Of a stretch of DNA of 64,000 nucleotides, positions 29,180 through 39,182 are shown one piece after another; position 1 is the first letter of the stretch, and each line of letters opens with the position of its first letter. The stretch is from Reclinomonas americana ATCC 50394 (taxonomy: Eukaryota). The stretch spans positions 2,170,001 through 2,234,000 of the forward strand of contig PS015009.1 in assembly GCA_048213135.1 (NCBI GenBank), in the 5' to 3' direction. Both the position numbers and the translations under genes were made by a program. Below the pieces are notes generated by a model that was not told the DNA's origin, ran no database searches, and saw nothing but the letters and a program-made list of their open reading frames with translations.

Positions 29180-30898
29180 CTAAAAATCATAATGCCTCCT
29201 GAACATATTCAGGCGAACCCCGGCGGTTACAATGGTAGTATTCGTTTGCCCGGGCACGTTAGCGATCTTGTACATGCGGTATTGCCCAGATGCTTCCAGG
29301 AAAAGGTTTTCCCTCAGTTCATACGACACCTGCAGGAAAGTGTTGAGGCAGGTGGCTTTGGCGCCGCTTCCCACTTTAAAACCTTCGTCCATGGTACGTG
29401 TAGTATAGTCCCTGAAAATATTACCGCCAAAGTTGATGCCGGCGCTGTCGAGGCCCTGGTTGTAATATATCGTATTCAGGTAAATATTCCATTTGGGTGA
29501 AGGCTGGTAACGTACAATACCGATGAATTCCTGGAAATTAGCGCCCAGCGGGTGTGCCAGGGGTTGGTTGTAATGCGTGTAATTGGAAATGGTATCGTTG
29601 TGGGAATAGGTGAAAGGCCTTACACGGTTAACTTCGAATTGCAGATCGAGGTTGCGTACACCAAAGGCATCCACGTATTTCAAACCGCCCTGTATGCCCC
29701 ACTTGTTCACCCAGCTCGTAGGTTTGTTCTTGATCTCCGATAAAATAAATTCATCCAGCAGGAACTGGCCATACAGTTGTACGCGGTGACCGATATTGGC
29801 TTTAAAGTCGATACCGGCCAAAGCGTTATCCGGACTTCCTACCGTACCTTCTATATGACGGTAGAAAATGATGGGGTTGAGGTATTGAAAATCGAAACGG
29901 TTCTTACGGCCAAAAATAACGCCTTCAAAAACACCGATGTTCAGCCATTTGGTCACATTCACACTTAAATGGTGCATGGCGGCGTATTTGCGGTCGAGCA
30001 GGGTGTCGCCGCGTTTGCGGAACTGCGGCATCAGTTCCATGAACAGGTTCTGGTAATTGAGCTTCCACACTTTGGTATTCAGCTTCAGGAAAAGATAACT
30101 GTTGCCCCAGTCGCTGAGAAAAAGACTGCGGTAGCCGTTGCCGATGGTGTTTTTATCGTAACCAAATTGTACATCGATGAAATTGGTGGCTTTGAAAGTG
30201 ATGTAGCCACGGGCATCGAAATAATCAACGGCATCCGTTTTGAAGGGTTTGTAAAAACCTACGCCGGGTACCGCATCAGCATCCTTTACCCTTTGCTGGA
30301 AAAACTGCGGTCCGCGTTCCTGGTTATCGGTAATGAAAGCGGAGAAGCCCACTTTTCTTCCGATGAGACCACGGAGTGTAACACCACGGCTGTTGAGAAA
30401 AAGATTCTTTTTATAATCCGATTGGTAACCCTGCTGAAACTGCAGCACCGGGTTAAGGGCCAGGAAAAAATCACGGGTATTAACCTCAATAAAGTTGGGC
30501 TTCGTTTTGTAAAACGTCCTGAAGATGGGCCTCCTGCTGTTGAACTCTTCCTTGGGAACGGTTACCCATTCGCTGTTGTTCATGAGAAAGTGTTGCAGGT
30601 TGTATTCGTCAACAGGTGTGAGGGCCTGGTCGTACCATTCTTTGTATTTGTCTACGCCAACACTGTCGGAATAACCCAGCCTGGCGCTGTCGATGAACTC
30701 TGCCTGGCGTACAATATCCTTGCGGTTGAAGGGACGGAGTGTTGAAAAATTAAGATGGGTATTTTTTTGCTGCTTGATCTCGAGCCTGTCCACGAAATGA
30801 ATGTCTTTTGAACCCTGTGTAAGATAGGTGGACTGGGCTGATGCGAAAGCAGGACAAATAAAAATCAGCAGTTTGGTGAAGCTTTTAATAATTTGCAT
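29180..30898 (-). CDS. Outer-membrane beta-barrel, Wzi/RemB-like capsule-assembly family
   Basis: Signal peptide; IGNGYRSLFLSD, YLNPIIFYR, GSPDNAL, YGQFLLDE, RPFTYSH, PLAHPLGANF. Confidence 0.7.
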   Translation of the reverse strand: MQIIKSFTKLLIFICPAFASAQSTYLTQGSKDIHFVDRLEIKQQKNTHLNFSTLRPFNRKDIVRQAEFIDSARLGYSDSVGVDKYKEWYDQALTPVDEYNLQHFLMNNSEWVTVPKEEFNSRRPIFRTFYKTKPNFIEVNTRDFFLALNPVLQFQQGYQSDYKKNLFLNSRGVTLRGLIGRKVGFSAFITDNQERGPQFFQQRVKDADAVPGVGFYKPFKTDAVDYFDARGYITFKATNFIDVQFGYDKNTIGNGYRSLFLSDWGNSYLFLKLNTKVWKLNYQNLFMELMPQFRKRGDTLLDRKYAAMHHLSVNVTKWLNIGVFEGVIFGRKNRFDFQYLNPIIFYRHIEGTVGSPDNALAGIDFKANIGHRVQLYGQFLLDEFILSEIKNKPTSWVNKWGIQGGLKYVDAFGVRNLDLQFEVNRVRPFTYSHNDTISNYTHYNQPLAHPLGANFQEFIGIVRYQPSPKWNIYLNTIYYNQGLDSAGINFGGNIFRDYTTRTMDEGFKVGSGAKATCLNTFLQVSYELRENLFLEASGQYRMYKIANVPGQTNTTIVTAGVRLNMFRRHYDF

Positions 30899-30938
30899 TG
30901 AAATACGTCTGTTTATAACTTCTATCGGTTATCAAGAT

Positions 30939-32279
30939 ATGCAAAAATACCTTTTTAAGAACATACAGGTGGTAAATGAAGGTAAAATACGTACAACTGA
31001 CCTGCTTACTGCCGGGGGGCGGATTGAAAAGATCGCCCCGCAGATAGACACCCGCGAAAAAGTAACGGAGATCAACGGCGAAGGCCATTACCTGATGCCC
31101 GGTGTTATCGACGACCAGGTGCATTTCCGCGAACCCGGGCTTACGCATAAGGCCGATATCCGTACCGAGAGCAGGGCTGCCGTAGCAGGAGGTGTTACCA
31201 GCTTCATGGAAATGCCCAACACCATACCCAATGCCCTGACTATGGAGCTGCTGGAAGACAAATACAATATCGCTTCCCGTTCTTCCATGGGTAACTACTC
31301 CTTTTTTATGGGAGTGAGCAACACCAATGCCGATGAGGCTCTGAAAGCCAACCAGAAAAAGAAAGAAGTTTGCGGTATAAAAATATTCATGGGCGCCAGC
31401 ACAGGCAACATGCTCGTAGATAATCATTCCACACTCAACCGCCTGTTCAGCGAAAGTGAAATGCTGATTGCCACCCACTGCGAAGATGAACGCATCATTA
31501 AAAGCAACTACGATCGTATTAAACAGGAGAAAGGGGATTTGTCTGCAGCGGATCACCCGCTGATCAGGAATGAAGAAGCCTGTTTTGAATCCTCATTGCT
31601 TGCCATACAGTTTGCCAAAAAATACGACAGCCGCCTGCATATCCTGCACATCAGCACAGAAAAGGAATTGCAATTGTTTGGCAATATGCTGCCGCTGAAA
31701 GATAAACGCATCACAGCGGAAGTGTGTGTGCACCATCTCCATTTTACCGCGGATGATTATGAAAGGCTGGGCTACCGCATTAAGTGCAACCCGGCCATTA
31801 AAGCACCGCACAACAAGGAGGCCTTGTGGAAAGCGCTGCTTGATGATCGCCTTGATGTTATCGCCACCGATCACGCGCCGCACACCCTTCAGGAGAAAGA
31901 AGGTCCCTATGAGCATGCCCACGCCGGCCTTCCGCTGGTACAGCATCCGTTACTGATGATGTTGTATCATTATCATGATGGGCGCATCAGCCTGGAAAAA
32001 ATAGTGGAGAAAATGAGCCATGCTGTAGCCGATTGTTTCCAGATAAAAGAAAGAGGTTACCTGAGGGAAGGTTATTATGCCGATATGGTGATGGTGAACC
32101 TGGATAAAGCGCATACGGTTAACCGTGACAACATTTTTTATAAATGCGGCTGGAGTCCCTTGGAGAATTTCCGTTTTCCTGCATCTATAGTAAAAACATT
32201 TGTGAACGGTAACCTGGCCTGGGATGATGGCCGGTTTAACGAAGAGGTAAGAGGCGAAAGGCTTTTGTTCAACAGGTAA
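30939..32279 (+). CDS. pyrC: Dihydroorotase
   Basis: DDQVHFREPG, EMPNT, HCED, KCNPAIK, ATDHAPH; start set at ATG 30939. Confidence 0.92.
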   Translation: MQKYLFKNIQVVNEGKIRTTDLLTAGGRIEKIAPQIDTREKVTEINGEGHYLMPGVIDDQVHFREPGLTHKADIRTESRAAVAGGVTSFMEMPNTIPNALTMELLEDKYNIASRSSMGNYSFFMGVSNTNADEALKANQKKKEVCGIKIFMGASTGNMLVDNHSTLNRLFSESEMLIATHCEDERIIKSNYDRIKQEKGDLSAADHPLIRNEEACFESSLLAIQFAKKYDSRLHILHISTEKELQLFGNMLPLKDKRITAEVCVHHLHFTADDYERLGYRIKCNPAIKAPHNKEALWKALLDDRLDVIATDHAPHTLQEKEGPYEHAHAGLPLVQHPLLMMLYHYHDGRISLEKIVEKMSHAVADCFQIKERGYLREGYYADMVMVNLDKAHTVNRDNIFYKCGWSPLENFRFPASIVKTFVNGNLAWDDGRFNEEVRGERLLFNR

Positions 32280-32292
32280 TTCAAATCCAGGT

Positions 32293-33609
32293 ATGGAAAT
32301 AGATAAAACCACGATGGCCGACCTGGCCATTTTTAACGGGGAAGAAGATGTTTCGGTATTCAGTAAACTCGACAACTGCCGCACCATCCGTGGCAGGGAA
32401 AAGATGTACCACAATTTCCTGTACCTGCCCGGTAATATAGAAGCTGTACGGGGTGTGCAGCAAACCCTGCAGTTCCTCATCCGCGAAAAGGACCGTTGGC
32501 CCGGCCGGGTGAGCAATGGCTCCATTATGGTGATCGAAAAATTTTACGAAACGCCTGTCGATGCCATACCGCAGCAACCGGGTTCTGTTGCGGCGCTGTC
32601 CTATAAATTATTCCATGGCCCCGACTTCTCACTCGTGAAATATTCCACCGGGCATTGTTTTGATTTTATTAAGGATATGCAGGCGATGGTGGATATTTTC
32701 CTTACAGAAGATACTCCTGCGCCGTTGCGGCACCTGCTGGAAATGGTGCAAAAGACCATCAGTCGCGAACAATTCCGCCCGCTGGCCGATCATGAAAAGA
32801 TCGTCACCATGGCGATACCCGCCCAGCTCAACCTGGCGAATTACCTCCGGTATAAATACAAACAGCAGATGCTGGAGCTGCTTGATTTTTATGCACAACT
32901 GGATGCCTGGTATGGCATGGCCATGAGTGTATCGAAACTGGGCCTGGTATTCCCGGAATTCGTGGAAGATGAACGACCGCAATTATCGGCCAGTCATCTT
33001 TATCACGTGCTGCTGAATGATCCTGTTGATTATAATGTAACCCTGGTTCCCGGCGGCAATTTTATGTTCCTTACCGGGGCGAATATGGCGGGCAAAAGCA
33101 CTTTTATTAAAGCGGTGGGTACGGCTGTATTCCTGGCGCATATCGGTATGGGCGTTCCGGCAAAGCAGATGCGGCTGAGTTATTTCGACGGTTTGCTGAG
33201 TAATATCAACGTAGTCGATAACATCATCAAGGGAGAGAGTTTCTTTTATAATGAAGTTCAGCGTATAAAGGCAACCGTTAGTAAAGTGAGTGATGGCCGC
33301 AAATGGCTGATCCTGATTGATGAGTTGTTCAAGGGTACCAATGTGCAGGACGCGATGAAATGCAGCAATACCGTTATAGAAGGTCTGCTCAAGATCAGCA
33401 ATTCCTTTTTTATCCTGTCTACACACTTATACGAGATTGGCGAAGGGTTGAAAAAATATCCCAATATCATCTTCAGGTATTTTGAAACATCCATTGAAAA
33501 TGACCAGCTGCTGTTCAGCTACCAGTTGAAGGAAGGCATCAGCAACGACAGGCTGGGCTATCTTATCCTCAAACGCGAAGGCGTGGTCAAACAATTGGAA
33601 GAATTGTGA
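32293..33609 (+). CDS. MutS-related protein (domain V ATPase, no mismatch-binding domain)
   Basis: TGANMAGKSTF, SFFYNEV, IDELFKGTN, STHL. Confidence 0.88.
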   Translation: MEIDKTTMADLAIFNGEEDVSVFSKLDNCRTIRGREKMYHNFLYLPGNIEAVRGVQQTLQFLIREKDRWPGRVSNGSIMVIEKFYETPVDAIPQQPGSVAALSYKLFHGPDFSLVKYSTGHCFDFIKDMQAMVDIFLTEDTPAPLRHLLEMVQKTISREQFRPLADHEKIVTMAIPAQLNLANYLRYKYKQQMLELLDFYAQLDAWYGMAMSVSKLGLVFPEFVEDERPQLSASHLYHVLLNDPVDYNVTLVPGGNFMFLTGANMAGKSTFIKAVGTAVFLAHIGMGVPAKQMRLSYFDGLLSNINVVDNIIKGESFFYNEVQRIKATVSKVSDGRKWLILIDELFKGTNVQDAMKCSNTVIEGLLKISNSFFILSTHLYEIGEGLKKYPNIIFRYFETSIENDQLLFSYQLKEGISNDRLGYLILKREGVVKQLEEL

Positions 33610-33644
33610 CAACAGCGATCTTCATCTTTTTAAAAAAATAAAAA

Positions 33645-33679
33645 AAAGGGGCATTTCATAGATATTGAAATACCCCTTT
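33645..33679. terminator. Bidirectional terminator-like hairpin
   Basis: AAAGGGGCATTTCA-N7-TGAAATACCCCTTT with a flanking A tract. Confidence 0.75.
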
Positions 33680-33700
33680 CGCCTGTTAACAGGACTGTTG

Positions 33701-34264
33701 TCAGTGACCTGCCTGCTTCTGTTTCCGGTAAGCCCATATATAACCCACCAGTTCTTTCAGGGTGCGCTGCTTTTTTTCGAGCAGATCGGGCCTGTAAATG
33801 TCCGGGTGGTTATTGGTAATGCGGCATACCCTTGGATCAGCAAAGGCATAGGTGTAGAAGGAGCTTACCAGTACTTTAGACATATCCATTATACTGTCGT
33901 AAACGAATAAGGTACCCGTTACCAGTTGCCTGCGGGCGGTATCGGTTTCATATAAATTCATCAGGTGCCAGAAGGCTTTTTTCAGATCAAGTTGTTGTAT
34001 CAGCTGTAAAGCGGCTGGCCAGTTGTACACAGCCGGATAAGTAGCTTCGCGGTAGGCGGGATCTTTAAGCAGCCGCACGGTTTCTTCTTTTACAAAAAAT
34101 GAATCGTTGCGCATTTCCACGCCCAGTTCGTAAAGATCGTTGCTCCACTTTGTCCAAACCTGTTCCGCGATCACAACAGAGTCCGCGTGAGTTGCAGGGG
34201 AAAGCTGGCCAAATCCGGCCAGCTTTTGGAAAATCACCATGATCAGTAATAAAAACACTCTCAT
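33701..34264 (-). CDS. Exported hypothetical protein, last gene of the fibre operon
   Basis: Signal-like N-terminus; starts 9 bp after the fibre-gene stop. Confidence 0.7.
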   Translation of the reverse strand: MRVFLLLIMVIFQKLAGFGQLSPATHADSVVIAEQVWTKWSNDLYELGVEMRNDSFFVKEETVRLLKDPAYREATYPAVYNWPAALQLIQQLDLKKAFWHLMNLYETDTARRQLVTGTLFVYDSIMDMSKVLVSSFYTYAFADPRVCRITNNHPDIYRPDLLEKKQRTLKELVGYIWAYRKQKQAGH

Positions 34265-34273
34265 GCTACTGTC

Positions 34274-37200
34274 TTACTTATTTTTTTTGCTGTTGTTAAA
34301 TGAAGGTGTTCCCATGCGTAATGCTTCTTCAATGGTTTTTAGCCTGCTGTCGGTCTGTTCCTGTTTCTTTTTCATGTCGCTGATGATGTTGAGGAAACCG
34401 TTGTTTACAATGCCTACTACGGTATTCGCCACTTTAGGGCCTTCATTGCTGTTGGTAGCCCAGGAGCGGCCCACTACCAGTTTATGATCTTCAATGGTCA
34501 TGTCTTTGGGATGTATGGCGGTGCCGTAACCACTGATGGCCGATCGGGCAACAATGTAATCACCCGCGGTAACAGCACCTACTACTTTCACAGGTACCTG
34601 GCCCATGAATGCTACGTTATTACCCATGTCTGTTTTACCGGCTTCGGGTATATTGCCGAGTACGATGGGTTTGTGGGATACTGCCATGATCTGTTCGGCG
34701 CCTTTCAGGTCCTTAGTAATTCTGCCGCCTTTTACCCCCACAATATCACCGGCGCTGATCGTTTCATTCGGGTTCTCCCTTTCCAGCCACTCGGCATAGT
34801 CACCATGACCGGAAGCATATTCCACGCCGATATTATTAAAGTCGTCAGCCATTTCGGTAACGCCGGCAAAAACACTCAGCATGTCTTTCAGCAGGTCCAG
34901 ACCCACCATCTGGCTTACCATGTTCAATATTTTCACGCCATCGAAATAATCATATGAAAAGTCAACGATGGATTGTGCCCGTATGGCACCGAGTTTACGT
35001 CCGTCTTTATCGGCGAAGTTGATGAACTCGTTCGATTTGGTCAGGCTGTTGGTCACATCCGTACCTCTTAACGTTGGCCATTCCAGCGCGGGTAATCCTA
35101 CAACAGGGATGTTGGGAATTTTTGGCATAACCGTTACGCGGGGTATTACCTCCGTTGCAGGAATATCGAGCGCCGGAATTTTCAATGCGGGGATGCTGCC
35201 CAGCGGGTCAAGATCGATACCGGGGAAGATGGTGGTTTCGTTCCAGATGTGGATCTTGGGAATACCATATGGCCCGATCTGGTAAGGAAGTCCCAGCGCG
35301 TCATTGATCTGCTTGGTTACATAATTGGTCAGGTTAACCACGGTACCTACTACCCAGGTGTTGGGTACCAGGGTGATCATGTCAGTGATATCAAAATCAT
35401 CGCGGCCATAAGCCCAGTCACGCACCTGGTTCACCTGGTCGTTCAATCCGTCGAGATGCGGCAATGGTACACTTACCCAGTTGCTGCCGTCCCACATGGG
35501 ATTGGTTTTACCCAGTTTGATCTGTATACCATCACCGGCGGATGTGTTGGCGTTTTCAAACACAGCCAGGTAATCGGATGAATTGCCTTTTACCAGCAAA
35601 CGGCTGGAGTTCACACTATCGGTAACGTGTATACTCTTTTCTACGTCAAGATTATTTTTGAAACGGCCGGTTCCGTTCACCCATAATTTTTCAGCGGGTG
35701 TAAGGTTGCCGCCGCCAATGGCAATGTTGCCGGTGTTGCCATTGATGAGGAAACGGTTGGCATCGCCGCCGGATATATCATTGATCAGGAAATTACCGTT
35801 ACCAAAACCAGAAGTGCTTCCCCCTACAGTAAGGGCGAACTCTTTATTGCTGTTGTTCACCATACGCAGACGCAGGTTATTGCTGTTGCTGGTTTTCAGG
35901 CGCATACCATCGTCGCCGCCGGTGGCGAGTACATCCAGCCTGTATTGCGGTGTGTTGTTATTGATGCCTACATTGGTGCCGTCGTCGTACACCTGTGTAT
36001 TGAGCAGGCCGGTTCCGGAGGGCAGCCATTTGGCGAGATAATTTTGTGTGCCGGTGCCGGTAACAATGCCCACAGCCGCGGCGGTTTGCCAGGTGGCATT
36101 GCCTGCATTGTCGGTACTCAGTACTTTATTGAGTGATTCGCCGATGCCGGTGAACTGGATAGCGCCTTGTGTACGCAATGCTTTGGGCGCCGCGTTGCTG
36201 TTGACGATATTGGCAGCAAAACCAGTACCGTTGGTCGTTACATCCAGTGTGCTGTTATTATTGGTGGCGTTGGTATTTTTTAATGACGCCGTATGTCCTG
36301 ATCCGTTGGTAGTGGCAGAGAAAACATCACTGTTGTTCGCAGGGTTATTGATGCTGAGCTCCGTTACTTTTCCCGCGCCGGTTATATCTGCTGTGATCAC
36401 CGTGCCGCTGCCGTTGGAAGAAACTGCCAGTGTTGGCGATGCATTGGTGGAATTGGTGTTGCTGAAATTGGCGGTCTTACCCTGTCCGTTGGTCAACGCA
36501 TCGAGTACGATATTATTATTGGAAGAATTGTTGATGGCAAGGGAGACCGCTTTGCCATTACCCGTTGCCGTTACTACGGTGGCATCGCCTGCGCCGTTGG
36601 TGCTTACTGCCAGCGTTGGAGCCGTATTGAGTGAACCGGTGTTTACAAAATTACCGGCACTGCCCAGGCCATTGGTACTTACATCAAGTGTAGTAGCGGG
36701 GTTAGACGTGTTGGTGTTTTGCAGCGCGGCCACAGTTCCCCTGCCATTGGTGATGGCGCTGAGTACGCTGCTGCTGCTGGAACCATTGTTGATGGATAAT
36801 GCTGCGGCTTTTCCGGTGCCGGTCATTACCGACTGAAAAGCGTCGCCTGTGCCATTGGACACATTCATTAAGTTAACCGCAGGATTAGCGGTATTCGTAT
36901 TCTGAAAAACGCCGGCACTGCCGTTGCCCGACTGGAACCCCATTACGGAAGTACCGGAAGTGGATTGGCCATACACGCCGGTACCGGTGGTACTCGTACC
37001 GTACACACCTGTTCCGCCGGGGGCAATGCCGTATACTCCCCAACCATTGGCATTATGTTGTCCCATAACGCCGATACCGTTGGTGCCTGTTCCGTTATTC
37101 TGTCCCAGTACGCCTGCAGACATAGCGCCGGCACCGGTAGAGGACACGGTGCCTTTAATGGCGGCTACATTCGCGGCGGCAGAACCTGTACTGCCTTCAA

Positions 37201-37702
37201 GGGCAGAACTGTTGCTGTTGTTACCGGAATTAATAATGCGGAACAGGAACCCGTTATCAGATTGGGTTTTTGAAAATGGTAATACAATATCACCCGTAAC
37301 ATTGGAGTATAGCGTGAAAGGTGTACTCAGCATTTGCGTGGTGCCCAGGTTCACATAACTGGTACCGCCTTCAGGGTCTATTTCTACCTGCAGGTATTTG
37401 CTGCCGGTTTGCGCCCAGTTGATACCGGAGATTGTACCGGTAGTATTGATAGCGCCGGGGCTGCCTACAGCGATGTTGAAAAGTCCGAAAGCGTTGGTGA
37501 TGAGGTTACGTGTTTCCGAATACACAACAGCGCCGGTTGGCGAGCCCGAAATAATGCTCAGCCGGAGCGATATGCTTTTGTTGGGAATAACGTTACCTAC
37601 CGCGTTGCGGGCTACACCCTGGTAATTGAGCAGGTAGGGTGACTGCGCCAGTAAGGCCAGGTGAAAAAAGGCAACGCAAATGGTGAGCATTAATTTCTTC
37701 AT
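34274..37702 (-). CDS. 1142-aa phage-tail-fibre-like secreted protein with a C-terminal intramolecular-chaperone (peptidase G2/S74-like) domain
   Basis: Signal peptide; NYQGVARN...YSET...GLF N-domain; GVxG and TNGxG repeats; VGINNNTP; GDYAEW...GDIVGV...AFMGQVPVKV.G.V..GDYI; terminal coiled coil. Confidence 0.75.
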   Translation of the reverse strand: MKKLMLTICVAFFHLALLAQSPYLLNYQGVARNAVGNVIPNKSISLRLSIISGSPTGAVVYSETRNLITNAFGLFNIAVGSPGAINTTGTISGINWAQTGSKYLQVEIDPEGGTSYVNLGTTQMLSTPFTLYSNVTGDIVLPFSKTQSDNGFLFRIINSGNNSNSSALEGSTGSAAANVAAIKGTVSSTGAGAMSAGVLGQNNGTGTNGIGVMGQHNANGWGVYGIAPGGTGVYGTSTTGTGVYGQSTSGTSVMGFQSGNGSAGVFQNTNTANPAVNLMNVSNGTGDAFQSVMTGTGKAAALSINNGSSSSSVLSAITNGRGTVAALQNTNTSNPATTLDVSTNGLGSAGNFVNTGSLNTAPTLAVSTNGAGDATVVTATGNGKAVSLAINNSSNNNIVLDALTNGQGKTANFSNTNSTNASPTLAVSSNGSGTVITADITGAGKVTELSINNPANNSDVFSATTNGSGHTASLKNTNATNNNSTLDVTTNGTGFAANIVNSNAAPKALRTQGAIQFTGIGESLNKVLSTDNAGNATWQTAAAVGIVTGTGTQNYLAKWLPSGTGLLNTQVYDDGTNVGINNNTPQYRLDVLATGGDDGMRLKTSNSNNLRLRMVNNSNKEFALTVGGSTSGFGNGNFLINDISGGDANRFLINGNTGNIAIGGGNLTPAEKLWVNGTGRFKNNLDVEKSIHVTDSVNSSRLLVKGNSSDYLAVFENANTSAGDGIQIKLGKTNPMWDGSNWVSVPLPHLDGLNDQVNQVRDWAYGRDDFDITDMITLVPNTWVVGTVVNLTNYVTKQINDALGLPYQIGPYGIPKIHIWNETTIFPGIDLDPLGSIPALKIPALDIPATEVIPRVTVMPKIPNIPVVGLPALEWPTLRGTDVTNSLTKSNEFINFADKDGRKLGAIRAQSIVDFSYDYFDGVKILNMVSQMVGLDLLKDMLSVFAGVTEMADDFNNIGVEYASGHGDYAEWLERENPNETISAGDIVGVKGGRITKDLKGAEQIMAVSHKPIVLGNIPEAGKTDMGNNVAFMGQVPVKVVGAVTAGDYIVARSAISGYGTAIHPKDMTIEDHKLVVGRSWATNSNEGPKVANTVVGIVNNGFLNIISDMKKKQEQTDSRLKTIEEALRMGTPSFNNSKKNK

Positions 37703-37737
37703 ATCAGTTGGTTTAGTATCGGGTATATCAGGGTTTA

Positions 37738-38271
37738 TCAGTTTACTTTAATGATCTTGAATGCACCTTTTTTAGCGAGTATGCCGTTGTTAACAGGTTG
37801 CAGCATGATGTTGAGAAAATAAGCACCGGCGGGGTAGCGGGTAAGGTCCCATTTTTCAATACGGCCGGTACCATAGTAATCAAATTGCCTGGTGGCCAGC
37901 ATTCTTCCCGATCCGTCCACCAGTTGCATGGTCACTTTGCCTTTGTTCTTACTGAAAAAATCAATCTCGAGTACGTTACGTACAGGATTGGGGAGTACTT
38001 TGATCTCTTCCTTATCCCAGGGCTGACCGGGGTAAGTCGTGGCCGGGTTATTGGTATAGGGTTGAAGAATGCCATTGGTCACCTGCAGGCTCGCATTGGT
38101 ATTACTCATGGTCTCAACAGCAGTTGCCTCGCCGAAGCTCCATTCAAAACGGTAAAAAGTAAAGAAGTTGGTCCCACCTGTTGTATTGAAGGTGGAAGGC
38201 GTAACACTCTGCGACAGGGCCGCAGTATGCAGGGTTGCCAGCACCAGCAGGCAGCAATAAATTTTTTTCAT
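37738..38271 (-). CDS. Small T9SS type-A sorting-domain protein
   Basis: Signal peptide; EWSFGE...GILQP then LPNPV...PAGAYFL...FKIIK. Confidence 0.85.
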   Translation of the reverse strand: MKKIYCCLLVLATLHTAALSQSVTPSTFNTTGGTNFFTFYRFEWSFGEATAVETMSNTNASLQVTNGILQPYTNNPATTYPGQPWDKEEIKVLPNPVRNVLEIDFFSKNKGKVTMQLVDGSGRMLATRQFDYYGTGRIEKWDLTRYPAGAYFLNIMLQPVNNGILAKKGAFKIIKVN

Positions 38272-38414
38272 GCTAAGCAGTTAGAATACAGTGAACGCAA
38301 TAGGGGAAACGGGCTGAACGGGCAGTTTTAAAAGGGTTGCCGTGAACAAAGGCGGGATGGTTAGTAGTGGTTGACGGAAAGATAGGACGGCATATTGGCT
38401 GCCGCAATGTCAAC

Positions 38415-38464
38415 TAGATGAAAGGAATTGTTAAGTAGATGAAAGCGGGGTTCGGGTAGACAGG
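38415..38464 (-). promoter_or_regulatory. LytTR-type direct repeats upstream of the fibre operon
   Basis: TAGATGAAAG at 38415 and 38436 (21-bp period), degenerate third copy TAGAC at 38457; TATCTTTC -7-like box on the minus strand at 38377-38384. Confidence 0.7.
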
Positions 38465-38468
38465 GGGA

Positions 38469-39182
38469 TTATTTTCCCGGTAATGATTGCTGAACCGTTT
38501 CCCGGTAGCTCCTTCCCACCGGTATCGTCATGCCTTTTATTTCTACCGTTACAGCTGTATAGGCGGTTATCCTTTTACGGGCAGCTACAAAGGAACGGTG
38601 TATCCTTAAAAAATCTTCTTTCGGCAGTTGCAACAGTATTTCGGTAAGCGTGATCTTGGTCGTAAAGGATTGTTCAGTCGTAACGATGCTGATATATTCC
38701 TTCCTGCTTTCGATGTACAGGATGTCCTCGAGGAATATTTTTACTTTCTTCCTGTTCACATTGACGAGCAGGTGAGGCGGAGCTGTGGAAACTGCCGGAA
38801 ACGGGGATGAAGCAGTATCCTTGTGTAAACTGTTTTTCAGTTTATTCACCGCTGAAAGAAAACGATTGAAATGGATCGGCTTCAGCAGATAGTCCACCAC
38901 GTTCAGCTCGTATCCGTCAATCGCGTATTCGCGGTAGGCGGTTGTGATAATAACCTGCGGTGGCGCTTTGAGCGTCTTCAGGAAGTCGAGTCCTTTGATC
39001 CTTGGAAGGTGTATGTCCAGGAACATGACATCAATGTGTTCCTCTTGCAATACCTGCATCGCGTAGATACCATCCCGGCAAATATGATGGCATTGCAGAA
39101 AAGGTACCTGGTCAATATAGTCTTTCAGCACTTCCGCGGCCAGGGGTTCATCTTCCACCACCAGGCAGTTCATTTTTTCCAT
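38469..39182 (-). CDS. LytTR-family response regulator
   Basis: VEDEPLA, FLDIHLP, YLLKP, RIHRSF. Confidence 0.93.
   Translation of the reverse strand: MEKMNCLVVEDEPLAAEVLKDYIDQVPFLQCHHICRDGIYAMQVLQEEHIDVMFLDIHLPRIKGLDFLKTLKAPPQVIITTAYREYAIDGYELNVVDYLLKPIHFNRFLSAVNKLKNSLHKDTASSPFPAVSTAPPHLLVNVNRKKVKIFLEDILYIESRKEYISIVTTEQSFTTKITLTEILLQLPKEDFLRIHRSFVAARKRITAYTAVTVEIKGMTIPVGRSYRETVQQSLPGK

Noticed and set aside
30899-30938. Only 40 bp between the divergent Wzi-like and pyrC starts
   Set aside because: No clean promoter boxes found and the starts are uncertain, so no claim is made.
34274-37702. Prophage or tailocin
   Set aside because: The fibre has a Sec signal peptide, and no capsid, sheath, baseplate, lysis or integrase genes are nearby.
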